Below, one piece after another: positions 50,378-64,000 of a DNA stretch of 64,000 nt. The translations under genes and the position numbers were made by a program. Under the pieces are notes generated by a model. That model saw only the letters and a list, made by a program, of their open reading frames with translations, made no database searches and was not told where the DNA came from. The DNA is from Catajapyx aquilonaris (taxonomy: Eukaryota). Position 1 is the first letter of the stretch; every line of letters starts with the position of its first letter. The stretch covers positions 1-64,000 of the forward strand of contig KZ538270.1 in the NCBI GenBank assembly GCA_000934665.2, written 5' to 3'.

Positions 50378-53300
50378 TCACAAGAAGCCCATGTCGAGGG
50401 CATTGTACAGGGCAGCCGTGTCGCTGTGCCCGTTGATCCGCCAGAAGGGGAAATTCATCTGCACCGAACAAGAGGAGGCACACAGTAGCATCATCGTCCA
50501 TGCACCCTTCCCTTATATAGCCACATCTAGATGGTATGTCTCTGTCGTACCTGCTTGGCGGCGTGCTCCTCGTCCCGTCCGTCCCCGACGACGACGTAGG
50601 TGCACTTCCTCCCGAACCTGGACACGATCCTCTCGAAGCAGCTCTCCTTCCCGATCTTGGTCGCGCTGTAGATGTTCTCCACGTGGAACACACCTCCAAG
50701 CCCGTACAGGAGCACCTTCGCCAGGGCTGGAGCCAGCTGGTTCGTCGTCACCAGCACGTTCACGCAGTTCGGCCTGGAATACACCGTACTATACATGCAT
50801 ACATGGCACAGCTGTTATGACCAACCAGTACATGACCCGTTGCCAAATTATATGGCAACATTGCTTGGACGTGGTGCGATAGGTTGTCCCTCAGCACACT
50901 ACTGCCGCTCTCAGGGCGAAAATAGTACTACATGCACGTTGGTGATGAGTCACCCCGCGGACAAAGTCTACCAGGATGATGTTGAGGATTACATGGTGTC
51001 ATATAGTAAAACCATGATGGTCATTATACATTCTGCCTCCCCTTCCCCACCATGATGTTGGATTGAACCTGGTTCCAGCCTCTCTGGCTGCAGTACCCTT
51101 GCGCAGAAACATCGACCCTTCGACCCCACCCTGCTGCCTCCTTTGGAGAAACACCCCCCCTCCCCCTCCCTNCCCCCCTCTCTCTCTCCCATCCTCCTCC
51201 TCTCCACCCCTCTCTCTCTCTAGCTGACAGCCGTCACTTGTATGCCTGGCTGTATGTGTATACGCAGACTCGCAGGGCGGCACAGCCACCACCACCAGAG
51301 AGGGTCCGCCCTTTTTTCCGCCCCCTCACCACCACCCCCTTTAGTTGTATGTATGTGTGTATATACCCTGCCAGCAGACCCAGCTGCGAAAACACAACCT
51401 ACTTCCATTTCTAATCCTCTCTCTTTAGGCGTCCCCCATCTGAGCTGGGAGGGGGCGACTCAGGTGGAACACACTATATACTTTTGGCCCGAACCCAGCA
51501 ACACACCCACGCAATTGCCCCCATCACTTTATAAGGCGAATTGCAGTTTTGATTTAGCTAAACAAGTACCTGGAGTTGATGAGCGTGAGGCACTTGAGCG
51601 CCAGAGTCAGCCAGTTGTCGGTGATGCCCTCGATCTCTGCCCGCAGCTGCAGCCACTGCTCCCGCTTGGCTGGACCAAGGAGACCTGCCCCACACACACC
51701 AAAAAAAAGAGTTACATCTCTTAAGATCATCTCGCATTCGAGACGACAGCAGCATCTTTGGCAAAACCAGCCGTACCTCCCACGTTGTTCCGGTAGCTGT
51801 TGTAGAGCTCCTTGACCTTCCTGTACCGGAAGGCCAGCTTTCTCATCCAGTCCACGCCTCCTCGGACCCCGCTGGCCAAGCACAGGGACCCATTCGACGC
51901 CGCCATGTGGAATCCGTCCGTTTGGAAGTTGTAGTTACTGTTCATCCAAACAACAAATCAACAAAGTCAAACCACACACAATCACTCGAGACATGTCCAT
52001 GCAAAAGTTGACACTCCGCGATCAACAAGGGGACTCTTTGTGTCTCGTGAATCAAAATAAAGGTTTTCTATGGCTGCCCATTGCATTTTTAAAAAAGTGC
52101 CNNNNNNNCCCCCCCCCCCCCCCCCCAATACTGTTTCTCCTTCTTCAACGAAGGGGGTGATGATGCTCAGCCAAAAGGCTTCAGAGGGTGAATCAATCTG
52201 GAAACCATCAGTCGTACGGCTTCAGATCCGACACAATTAAAAGCGAGGATTTTTACAATGTCGAGAGTAAAAACTTTGCTCTATAGTTTCATAGCGGCGT
52301 AGATACTACCGCACAAAAATAGGCAAACGTACTATGTATACAGTGCAATTGGTTCCAGTTTTAAACGGGAATGTCGGTTGTAATTGCGACGCATTCCAAG
52401 TGGAAGCCATGCCATGGCGCAAGGATAATTACCCGTATTTTGCAATGGCGACAATTAAGGGCACTGGAAAGTGTGCTTGTCTAATAAAAATGTAGTTTTA
52501 CCACATTATACGATCACGTCATCAGTGACGGGCATGCGTAAGACTCTTACCTGAGATCTTGACCATTGTCATCACTGGACACGTCGTCTATGTGAACTTG
52601 ATCACAAAGCTGTGGGAGGAACAGAGGCGACAACATTTATAAATTGTGGCCTGTGTAATGCACTTATTGGGTTGAGCGACAAAGACACAGTACCTCGAGG
52701 TCGTTGAAGAAGAAGTGCGCATCTGCCATGTTGAAGATCATTTCTTCCATCCGGAGGCCAAGCTGCATGGTGTTGGTGGTGTCCTGCAACCAAAATAACG
52801 ATACGAAAAGTTAACAATACTGGACGCGAAATTACGAGGAAGAAAATCTCATATTATTCGCGATCGTGTGCATTTGCGCCTGTCATAAATTCTCAGGTAC
52901 GCATTGATAGGCTTTCCCGCCCCCCAAGAGTACATGACGCTGATGAAGTGCGGTGATGGTCCGCCGGTGGCCAAAGGCACCCAAGCGGAGAGAGAGAGAG
53001 AGACCCCTCATCTTCATTTTACAATATTGATAAGTACCCTTCCCCCGGCCTGCCCAATAAACCATAATTGAAACGTTACCCTTTTAATTTAATCCGTCCC
53101 CTCCCACTCCTCGCTTTTTCCCCTAACCTAATTTCAACGCCCCCGTGAAAACCACTCGGGATCCCGAGTTTGGTGAAGCCCCTGCCTCTCAAATCATGCT
53201 GGCAGCATGTACTGATTGTGTTTGATAAGTTTGCATAATTTTAAACATATCGGACATCCCCAATTGTTGCAGACAGTGCCTAATTATATGAGGATAGATC

Positions 53301-56300
53301 GCCCCATAGTGCCAGCTTCTATAATTATTAAAATCATATCTATGTTGTTATGTCTTCTGATTGGTGTTACCGCGACGCTTCCGATTGGCCCCCCCATTTC
53401 TGCAATAGCGCAATGGGGATGGAGGCAGTGCTTCTGGCGGGTGTGAGGACGCATGCGTTCGCTGTCGGCTGGATGGTCTACGTCGCTCCCTCCCCACCCA
53501 GTGAGCGAAGCGAGGGTTTTTCTAGTGTGTAGGCTACATTATTGTGGTGTAGTTAGGTCCGCCTCGTGGTGATGATGATCTGAGTCCCGCATCAGCAGCC
53601 AAAGCCAGCCAGCCAGGCAGCCATGGATGCAGCCAACTTTTGCCAGCCGGCTTTAATTATACGGGCTGTGACGGTGACGGCGGCGCCAACACAGGACGGC
53701 TAACCCCCCTCTGCACCCTCTCAACCCTCCTCCTCCGCCTCTAAACACACTGGCATAAATGTGAGTGACGGCTGAGACTGCTTTGCCTCGCCTTTTTCCT
53801 TTTTCCTTCCTTCCTTCCCCGTTCCCCCAACAAAACGGCCACCGAGACAAACATCCCTTCCTCCTCCTTGCAGTCTACTATAATATACACCTGCTCCAAA
53901 TTAGCACTCCACTTCCCCCCCGCTTCTCTTTGCCATCATCCAATCTGTTTGGCAGTCACCTAAATTAAATTCCGTCGCCTTCCAGTTTCCCTGCTGCAAT
54001 AATCGCCCGTATTAAAGAACCCCCCCGACTCTTGTGTCACAAACTGGGCTTACCCATTTACTTCGGAAAGGGGGGGGCAGTCGACAGAGGGAGGGAGCTA
54101 TAGTGGAGGCCTCTTGACCTTTGGCCCTCCCTCGTTTTCTCTCCGACACGAGGGGCCAGCAAGTGGTCCAGGGAGGGAAGATGAAGGGGCTCTCATCTCA
54201 ATCATCACCATTCACTTGCCACATAACGTGCACTACACCCATTTGCTATCTATAATATTAAAATCATATCCATGTTGGTTATGCCTTCTGATTGGTGTTA
54301 CCGCGACGGTTCCGATTGGCCCCCGTTCTGCGCAGGCGCAATGGGGGTAGAGGCAGCGCCTCTGGTGGTGGGTACGAGAAGGCACCATCGATTCGCTCGC
54401 TGTCTGCCGGAGGGTCTACATCGCGCCCTCCCCCCATCAGTGAGCGAAGCGAGGGTTTTTCTATATAGTTGTGACAATAGTTGTTGTTGCTGACCTTTCC
54501 GAATCTGCTGGCGTAGCTTCCGGTGAGAAGGGAGTGGAAGACGATGATGGTCTCGTCCAGGTCCCAGATGAAGACCCTCTCCAGGTTGGGTTCCGGGTCA
54601 GGAGAAGGGTTGGTCTGTCTCCTGCCCCTGCCTCTGCCGCCTCTGGCCGTCGCTGTGTATGGACACACGCCAATAAGTCAGAAAATGGGTCAACCATTGC
54701 AATAACAGCGTGTATACCTTTCCTGGAGAGTCCGTTTGGCTGGTCGTGCTTGACGGCCGAGTTTGGGCTGGAGGCGTCGGCGGGGACGCCGAACGCGGCG
54801 ACGGCGTCTGGGAGCGACGGCGGCGGCGGGAGGGTGGCCAGCTGGTAGGTGGCCGAGGAGCCTCCTCCCACCGACGCAGCGGCCGCCGCGGCAGCAGCCG
54901 CAGCCGCAGCAGCTGCCGCCACCGCCGCGGCGCCGCTTCCGGACGACGACGGCGACGAAGACGACGACAGGCCCATCCCGCCTCCGCCTCCCCCTCCGCC
55001 GCCCCCCGTACCCGCACCAGTCCCTCCGTACCCGCCGTACCCTTGTCCATAGTAGTACGACCCAGCAGACTGACCGTAGCCATACGCATTGTAGTCCAGG
55101 CTCTGACAAGTACACAGAACAATGCCATGTTTACACAATAAGACATGCCAATATAAATGGTCCACGCAGCTGCTGAAAGACACAGTTGGCGAACTATACG
55201 GGAGGATGTTGGGGGAATTCGGAGGCTGGGGATGAGAAAAAAAGAAGGTGTTTACCGGAATGGGTGTCTTGGGCCAATTTTCCCACCGAGGAGGGAAGAA
55301 ACCGCTTCATTAAAAGCTACATTCCTGCCGATTCTCAAGCGGAAAAAAAAGCTGCCGAGAGTATATGCAGCACGAGTTATGTCACCCAGCTGTGCGACAG
55401 CAGGTGCACACATTTCTATATACGAACATGTATGAAATGCATAGCACCTGTAAACATATAACTGGCATGCCTGTATAAGTGCCATTTGTGCAGCGGATTT
55501 ATTACCGTCTTTGCAATACGATGGTCAATTAATTCAGAGGCGCAACAATGTGTGATGTACACAGTTGTTCACTCAACAGGACGTAAATTGTGACCTGCAG
55601 GCCACAATTTACGAGGACGAGGCCCTCCGGAACATTATTAAAACTCATGTAAGGTTTACGCGACGTTTATCTTGGCTGCTGCTACGTTGGCTCCGTCTAC
55701 AAACATTTTGGTCACATGCCTCGTGCATCACTCTTTTTTTTAAAAAAAAAGTGTGCGAGTGTGTTCGGCTCGATTGTACGTGTGTGTGTGTGCAAATGCG
55801 CGGTCATTCCTTTTTCAACTCTCAGGTGAGCTGTACCGCACATAACCTCATCACCCGGCATGCAGGAATCGAAGTTTGACGCCTAGAAAAATGATTGACA
55901 GGTCGTGTCATGAGTCACGTCAACAGGCCGGCGCAGCAATGCCACGTCATCAGGCGGCAATAAATATGCTGGCAGGCGATCCTTATGCAAAGTGGGCCGT
56001 GGGAAAATGGACCATTACTATAGCAGCTCAAGCAGCCGCCCACCTGCGGCCTCCAAAAGAAAATGAAAGCATTGTATAGTTGCACTGCAAGTTGCTGAAA
56101 AATGTGTTGGCCATTAGCTAGCATCTTGGACCTCGCAGCTGCGGATGTCGAAAGGGGGCCATCGCAGCCTCGTAACAACTCGAGAGAGTGGCAGAGAAAA
56201 GAGCGGCACTACTAGACTGAGAGAGAGAGAAATGAGCAAGGGATGGAGAAGATGGAAAAAAAAAGGTCTGAGCCGCCTTTTCCCCGTGTCAAGGTCACTC

Positions 56301-59300
56301 CATGCCAGCTAAAAATCTCTGCATGTTATACACACACACATGGACGGTCGGTTGGGTTGGTTTTGCTTGACTGCCTGGCTACACGCATGCAACATGCTCT
56401 TTCTTTGATCGGAGAGACGTCTGCCCTGCATGCCTAACTTTTTGGACCCCCGGTGACAGCCAGCCAGGAGACCCCGCCCACATTTCACAAACTCCACAGA
56501 CATAACTCCAGTGCCTACGGACTAAGATGCGGCCAGAGATATACCGCACGGTGTCAACACTTTGTGCGTACCCAAAAAGACATCAAACGAATCGCATTCC
56601 TCATCATCATTGCTGGCTAGCATTTTTTATAATATACGTTGCTCATTTTATAAAATTTTTCCATGAAAACGGCAGTTTCTAGCTTCCCTTTTTTTCTCAC
56701 CCCACTGATCCATTGAGAGCTGCCGACGAGAAAAAAGGGTTGCAGCCTCCCAAAAAGCAAAGCCTGCGCGCATATGGTGGCCACTTCCGCAGAGAGCCAG
56801 AGAAAAAAGAGCTGAACAGAAGAACCCTTTTTCCCCAGAAAACTTCACCCCTTTACCCGGCAAGTACCCACGGGTTGACATGGGTAAAAAAAGGGGGGGG
56901 GGGGCATCGAAGAAGCGATTTTTTGGCAGGTTCGTATAAAATTCCATATAATATCCCATAAATATAACGGGTCGTTCAGGTGTTCCCTTTTTATTGGTTG
57001 GGGATTGAAGGGTTGGGTCCCCCCCTATTTTTTTGGAGTAACCGTACACTCCTTTCGGGTCCTGATGCATATATGGATCCCGCGGCGGGGTTAGGAAATT
57101 TAAAAAGAAAAGGGGGGGTTCGAGAGGGTAAAAACCCTTCATCGTTTGGGATGTATAGTCCTATATTACGGGCCAGTCAAGTCAGTCACAGGCTCTGACG
57201 TGGGTCGGTCGCTCACCCCTTTTTGGGGGGGGATGCGGGTCCTTTGCACTTCGAGAGTGGGTTTTTCAAGGTGGGGGGCCCACATGGGCGGCGTACAAAA
57301 ATTGCCAAAAAAAGGCAGGTGCCTCCTACACTCTCGTTGTCCATCCATGTTGGACCCAATGTTTGCATGGAAATTGACTTTTTTTTCTCTCTCTCTGTCT
57401 CCATCCGTCTCTCGGTCTCTTTTTGAATAGGGAGCAACAGTGTGCCATTTATTGGCATAGTTGAGAGAGTTTGAGCGAAGAGGGGAGACCGCCAGGGGCG
57501 TTTGTTGTTGACATTACAAAGTAATGGGAGTAGTAGAGAGGGGACCTGAGAGAAGANNNNNNNNNNGGGGGGGGTCCAGAGGCGGGGGCGGTTGAAAAAG
57601 AGATGGTTGCTTGGTTGCAGATGGCGCCAGAAATGGTTGAGCCCGGTTTGGTATATGTAGAAGACCCGTGTAATAATTGAGCAACTATGCCACACTTCAC
57701 GGCGATATTTACGCACTTGGCCTGGCCTCCAGTGCCGTGACCTCGTGGGAGAGAAGGGTGAAGGATTGAGCGATCCTGGGAGAGGAAAAAAATAATCCAA
57801 ATAAATACACGTCCTGCACAGCTGGCTGCCACTTCGACACCTTTCAGCAACTGCGTGTGCAAGCAAAAGGAGTTGGGGAGGAAAAAATTGGTTTAGGATG
57901 AGCCAACTGTCGATTGAGAGTGACACTGAGGGTATTACCTGTTGGGTGTTGAACTGCGGTGCTGTGGTGGCGAAGGAGGACCCGTAGGTAGGGTAGGCGT
58001 ATGCGCTCTGTCCGGTCTGAGAGGCGCCGAACCCTCCGTACGCCGCGTTCAGGTACGACGCCGCCGACGAGGTCCCCTTGCACTGCCCCGACAGCCCTCT
58101 GCTGGCTGCTGGACACACAAGCAAAATAACATCAGTCATAAGCAGGCAAAACAAGCGGCATACAAACGTAGCGTGGCCACCAAAACAATGCAACTCCGCT
58201 GGGGGAGATATTTTTGGGGCCGCCGCTTCCGTCGTTTGAAGGACAGGCAGCAGACAAGGCAAGGGAAAGAGACGCTCCCTTTAACCTACATGTATATACC
58301 CGCAAAACCCCCTTTCTCGAGATCCCCTCTGGCACCGGCACAACATCTGATAGGTCAAAGACAGCACCCTTACCTTCGCGGAATGTGATTCGCATAAATA
58401 CAGACGCCGACGATGGACGCCATCATCGACACATATCGGCCGATTCCACGAGATAAATCAGATGTTGGGACTTCCTAACGCGCATTTTCAACCGGAGGGT
58501 CGTGAACTGTTTGGCTCCGCACATTGCAGAATTCTAATAATATAATGGGGCCTAATAATGGGCAGCGCCTGCAAGTGCGGGTTGCAGCACTGCCTGAAGG
58601 TCATTTCCAGTGGGAATCGCGTTAGGTTTGGTTCAGGCCATCAGGCGGCCGCCATTTTTGGTCCGGATTGGAACTTACGGTTGACAGGGTATGAGGAAGG
58701 AAGCAGCTGCTGGTAGGCCGACTGCTGTGATCCGTAGAGGCCTGCGACGGCGGCGGAGGCCTGCGCGTAGGGCTGTGCGAACTGGGCCGCCGCAGCAGCC
58801 GCAGAGCTGGCCGAGTAGTACTGGGCGAACCCTGCCGACCCGGAGTCCGCGGCTGAAGGGGTGCTTAGAGGGTCGCCGGGTCCTCCGGGTGAGAAGGGCG
58901 AGTCCGGAGGCGGAGGCGGAGGAGGCGGTGGCTGCTGGTGCTGCTGCTGGGAGGAAGAGGAGGAGGAGGAGTCGCCGCCTCCGCCGCCTTTGAGGCTGGT
59001 GATGGCGGCGTCCCTTCCGCCCCCAACCACGGTGCTGCTGTCGATGGCCCAGGCGCACGACGACGGCGGTCCTCCTCCTGTGCTTCCGACGCCGCCAGCC
59101 GCGTTAGATGCAGCTGCGGCGTGATCTCCGACCAGTGACCCGTTGGCCAGCTCGCCCGAGCCAGATCCCGCCCCGGGCGAGTCGGCCGACGCCGGAGGGG
59201 ACACCGAAGACTCGGACGCACTGCCCGGGGACGCTAGCCCAACGGAACACACCTCGTCGTAACTGCAACGGCGGGAGAGAGAGAAAAGTGATATATATTC

Positions 59301-60917
59301 AACAATGATTGGAGGGGGAGAAATAAATGGCCTGGTCGGTATAATCCCAAGGTGCTGCACTTCCGGAGCAGGCGGTCCGTTTTATTAGTAGGTCGTTCGT
59401 GCGATATGACCGCTCCGTGCAGTGCGGAATAAAAGAGGTGGTGGTAGTGGCAGGGGGGGTTAAAAAGCGGAGAGGAGAGGGGGGGGGGGGGTATCCGAAA
59501 ATAAACATGGTTCCAATCGTCCCGCGCCGCCGCGAGGGCGCCTCCGCCGCAAAGCAAACACCCTCTTCCGCCCCCCTCTTTTTTTTTTCCTCCTCTTATA
59601 TACGAAGCTTGGAAGCTCAGCAGACAGCGAGTTTGAGGGAGGCGCATCTCCCATGGCAAATAAAAAGGGGGGGAAGAGCACCTCCGCCATGGTGGTATAT
59701 ACACCCCCTCACCCCAAATCCCACTTCGATCCAGGGATTGAATTACCTGCTTGGTGTGCTGCAGAGAAGCAGGGAGGGGCGGGGGCGGATGGGGGGAGGG
59801 GAAAGGGGGGAAGCGACGACGCCACCGACGCCCCGACTCCCAGATTCAATTATCACCCATCCCGGCTGAGCATCTAACCAACCGAACCTCCCCGCAAAAC
59901 CATCACCGTCACTCCCTCTCCATTACTTCTCACTCCTTCCCCCTCCTGGGAATCAAAGGACAACTCAGGAGTCATATCGTCATACACTGTCAATACGCCT
60001 CCAAGAGTCTCATTTAATTGCTACTGACATCGTGAAATTTATTTTAAAAAAAAAGTTATCGCAAATTGCGCGATTTGCGGTCCTGATTGTCGCTAATTAT
60101 CCCTGCTGCAATCAACTCGAGTGAAATAATGTCACAGCTTGAACCAGTATTCCAAGACCGTGGTTTGAACAAAAGAGGTTTTTGGCGTCAACTTGTGAGT
60201 GACTGTGCGGTGGTTAGTTCAAGACGCATAGGTGGGCCATATTTTACGCCCTTAGACGCCTCTTTTTTTCTTCTTCTTCTCTCTTGGCATTCAGCCCATG
60301 GCCGCACTATTTTTTTGTGGGAGGTAAGGGGGGGATGGCGGTTACAGGGGGGTTGAGCTTCAAAGCGCCTTGTCCGGCACCAAAGACAAGAGAACGCTTA
60401 ATTGCACATCTGTGACACATGCTCAGGAACGAAATTATCATCATCACATACAAGGGCAAATGTGCAAATGTGTGACTTTTTTTCGGTAGTGATCAGTGGT
60501 CCTATTCTGGGCTTGCAACACCTGAGCATCGGAGCTTTTTGACTAGTGAGAGTGATCAATCGCGGAGGAATGATGATGGTTCTTTGGACTGGGTGAGCGT
60601 CACATCCGGCCTGCATCTGGCGCCCACATGACACACAACCGCAGCTCAAGCACAGCATGAAGAAGAAGAAGAGTCTGGCCCTGCTTCGAGATGCACTTGT
60701 TCCCGAACCAGCCATGTCAACGATTCCATTAGCAAAAACGCCTCCGCCAACGACGACGGAGCATCCATTTGTTTTCCTGGACGTCACCGACGCGACGGGA
60801 GGGGTTCTGACCCGACATCATTAGGGTCTGCACATCCTATACCACCCGCAAGAGGCATAAAACTCACCCTTTTCTGTCGGCGCCACTGACGTCAGCGTCG
60901 GTCCTCGGCCGCTTCAC
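50378..60917 (-). CDS. eya: Eyes absent (HAD-family tyrosine phosphatase / transcriptional coactivator)
   Basis: Exons 60868-60917 (VKRPRTD), 58679-59262, 57939-58108, 54718-55102, 54495-54652 ([12 protein letters not shown]), 52694-52783, 52551-52609, 51777-51937 ([13 protein letters not shown]), 51570-51684, 50551-50773 ([19 protein letters not shown]) and 50378-50458. All phases are consistent. Confidence 0.97.
53318..53525 (+). mobile_element. Short Helitron-like element, copy 1, in an eya intron
   Basis: TCTATAATTATTAAAATC 5' end and CCCAGTGAGCGAAGCGAGGG-TTTTTCTAG|T 3' end; homologous to 54249-54468. Confidence 0.7.
54249..54468 (+). mobile_element. Short Helitron-like element, copy 2, in an eya intron
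   Basis: A|TCTATAATATTAAAATC 5' end and CAGTGAGCGAAGCGAGGG-TTTTTCTATATAG|T 3' end; colinear with 53318-53525. Confidence 0.7.
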
Positions 60918-63689
60918 CTGCCGGAAGAAAACGAGAGACATGAGTTAAGAGAAGGTCACTGCCATCAAAACACGTTGACGCGAAGATGCCCCATTGTTTC
61001 CTTTTCTTTTTTTTTAAAAAAAAGGAGGACCCACCCGCAACGCCATGACCCCAAGGGCACCTCCCAAATGTCTTCAGATTATAATCAGCAGTTCAGTCAA
61101 CGCGCGATAAGAGTCGTCATCGTGCTCGTGGTAATTTGTCCAACCCCTTCGAGGAAATAACTTTTTCCCCCGCTCCCCCCCAACTTCAACTATGTACGTC
61201 AAAAAATGAAGGCGTGCGATTACATCGGTGTCAATATCCCGTCTCAATCGCAGCCTCCAACCTCCATGGAACAGCGACCTTCGCCAAACTGTGCCAGTCG
61301 AGAGAGTTTCTTTAGCCAAAAAAAAAAAACTGAGACCACGTGTCTTTTCGTGCCGTACTTCGACTCCATATTAAAATTTGCAATGGCATTTTAAAGGCCA
61401 CTGGATCCGCGCCAGGGAAAGATAGGATTGGTAACTACCCGCAAAAGTGCCATAACCGCATGGACATGGGCTTTTTTTCGAAATAAAACGGGACAGAAAT
61501 GGAATTGCAAAAATGCGCACTGGGTGTTGCATAATTTGGATTCGTCTTAGGAGATTGTTCAATCCCTCTCCGCCTGTAAAAGTTCTGGAGGTGAAATAAT
61601 GAGCGCAATGAGCAATGTGTCACGTGTGCGTACCGGTGCAGCACAGCAGCCGGAGACAAGTTCAGTGTCCTCTGGAGCACCACACAGCTGCATGAGACAT
61701 TCCTCACCTCCCCCACCATGCACCAGTTTTCTCTCCCTCACTTTTAAATTTTTTTTCTCTCTCTCTGTCCTTTCTTTTCCGAGTGCACCACCACCACGCC
61801 TCTGGGCTGCTGGGGACCCAGAGGGCCACAGCTGCAGCCCTTGGAGCAGACATTGCCTCCAGCGTGGGAAAACTCTTTTCTCCTTTCCCTGCTGCTGATG
61901 CCCCCGGATGATGGCCAACAGGTGCATGCGCAAGACACACCTCGTCCTGTGCCATCAACCTCAACACTGTCAATCGTCATCCTGCGAGTCAACTCGAATT
62001 GCAATATCCGATCGTGCCATTTGCACTCTCAGATGGCACACCTTCCGTTTTCTCACGACCCCGCCAGCGGACGACCTCGTCGCAAGGTACTCGGGGTTAT
62101 CGGAGGACAACTGACCCCGCTTGTACTTTTACTGCCGGGGACAAAGTCTGTCCAGCAGCAGTTTATAGCAGCAGAAGGAAATATTAAATGGCGCCATGCA
62201 TCATCCGCGTGTACTTGAAGAAGGTCAGGGCTTCCAGATGACACTGGCTCGGTTATCAGCAAGAGTTATTTTCATTGTTATAACACGCGTAGAATTGTTT
62301 TAATGGACATTGCCTGATGGTGGCGTGCTGTCCCTGATATTTATTCACGGCAAGGTCAGGCTGATAATGTCCAAGACGTTTATCGCAAATCTCTGTCGAG
62401 TCTGCTGGAATCCCAGTGAAAATGTCCCCATTCTTACAGCGTACAGGTTATGGCACTCGTTTCATTCGTTGGAGGAAGTGGACGGAAGCTACAGGAGAAA
62501 GCGCAGCACCCTGCTGATCACTTCCTGAACAAGGACAACAATGAGGCGTGTGTTCCCTTCCTTCAATAACCCTCCTTTCCTTCCCTGTCCAAGCACTTGT
62601 TATTTGCCCAGCATGGCTGCTGGAAACCCCCGCAAGAAAAGAGCAAACACGGGTCTTTTCACCATTCCATCACCGCCATTGGCAGTTCAGCAACCACTTT
62701 TGGTGCAGGCGGAAGCGGCGTCTCCTCCAAGGGGGGGCTGCCCTCTGTCCTTTGTTCCTCTTTTTTTTCCAGTGAATGGAGGATCCTTCAAAAACCAGCA
62801 ACCCCTGCGCACCGAGCAAAAGATGTTCCCAAGACGGATGATTTTGCTCCTTGGCCGATGCTGCACCATCATGAATATAAGGAAAGAGTGTGTGGCTGGT
62901 ATAAGGACCACCTCAACGCCCTTTAGTAGTTTTCGGCCTCCCCCCGGTATATTTATTGCCTCCGTCGCCAGCAGGCCTGAAGCAGGCGACCTCGGGGCCA
63001 ATAAATCTGAACAGGATTATACTCGACAACCCAACACCACTCACACTGGGAGCTGCTGGTGCTTTGCTGACTTGGCTGCTGTTTTTCCTAACTATTAACA
63101 CACAACACACACACACCCATTTCCAACCGGCTTCATCAACGGCAGCAGGTCAGTAGCAACACGCCCTGATTGATTGACTGCTGCTGCGGCTCATGTTATG
63201 CAATCGTTCGGTTTGTGCCGAGTCTAATTTTGATATTAAAATCCGCGCTTATGGTTTACACCAATTATTTTCAAACAAGCCAAACCATTCATTTACACTG
63301 GACTAACTTCAGGTCGGAAGTTGTGATCAACTATGAAACATTGACCACCAGGCCAATGCCTCCGACGAGTAAGGTGTTTTATTTTTAATTTGGCTGACTG
63401 TGGGAAAGACGCGACTCGACACGATACGTTTAAACAGTACAGTTTTGCTTCATAACCCGAGTCAGACCGGAAATATGAGCAAAGTTGGGGTCACATAATT
63501 CCCAGATAATTCCTTTCCGGACTGGAACTAGATCCAGGCAATTTAATCCAACCAAACTCGGGGGGGTTATGGTGGGGGTTTTTAATTTCTTTGCACGACG
63601 CATCTCCAATTTACACGTGCTTATCAGCTCGGGATGAGTGCATGCTTCTGGTGCAATGACCCATCATTTGAATGCATGCATGTGTGTAC

Positions 63690-63971
63690 CGGTGTGAAGC
63701 AGGGGACAGGCCGTACAGGGTACGCTGGCGGTGGTGGTCCGATTCCGTCCTCGTCCTCTTCCTGCTCCTGTCGGGACACATCAGCGTCCATGATGAGATG
63801 GGTGGTCCTGAAGCAGCAGTACGGCGGATGGACCACCGATGCTGGAGTGATCTCTCCGCAGCTGCTGCTGTAGGGATTGCAGTACCAGCACAGCAGACCT
63901 CCGGACAGCAACCGCCAGCTTCTTTCTCTCTTCCTGCAGCTAGCCACCGACGATGCTTCTCTCACGGACAT
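63690..63971 (-). CDS. Candidate first coding exon of eya
   Basis: GC-rich open frame (ATG at 63971 or 63791) ending PAYPVRPVPCFTP|gtacac, a phase-0 donor compatible with the phase-0 VKRPRTD exon. Confidence 0.4.
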
Positions 63972-64000
63972 GACTGCTGCTTTGCCTCCAAACTCTGGCT

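Noticed and set aside
56648..57600. 164-aa ORF and homopolymer-rich stretch in an eya intron
   Set aside because: No recognisable domain; it lies next to an N gap (57557-57566) and is probably repeat-derived or low-quality sequence.
54471..59308. Multiple overlapping GC-rich ORFs antisense to or out of frame with eya
   Set aside because: Shadow ORFs of low-complexity Ala/Gly/Ser-rich eya exons.

Overview
Eukaryotic, intron-rich genomic DNA, very probably from an arthropod (short introns, a Drosophila-like eya N-terminal exon, a sona/stall-type metalloprotease). Conserved genes assembled by hand from GT-AG exons: TMEM14 (+, 2186-2634), a CYP2-clan cytochrome P450 (-, 3185-5466), a large M12B/ADAMTS-like metalloprotease (-, 8551-25610), MTHFS (-, 44824-45550) and eyes absent (-, 50378-60917, possible first exon at 63690-63971). 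Between the protease and MTHFS lies an accessory block (~26-44 kb). It holds a G-rich 22-bp minisatellite followed by a ~330-nt densely base-paired segment, probable piggyBac debris, a perfect 42-bp palindrome, and a DUF4806-type pseudogene next to an EnSpm-like end. It also holds two tandem, intact, unrecognised multi-exon genes with acidic N-termini and RG/RGG- or Tyr-Gly-rich C-termini; one carries a 3.1-kb stack of nested DNA-transposon derivatives in an intron. Three short Helitron-like elements, several MITEs, tRNA-like SINE heads and a decayed unknown gene (~46.7-49.1 kb) are also present. All calls come from reading the sequence; no database searches were run.
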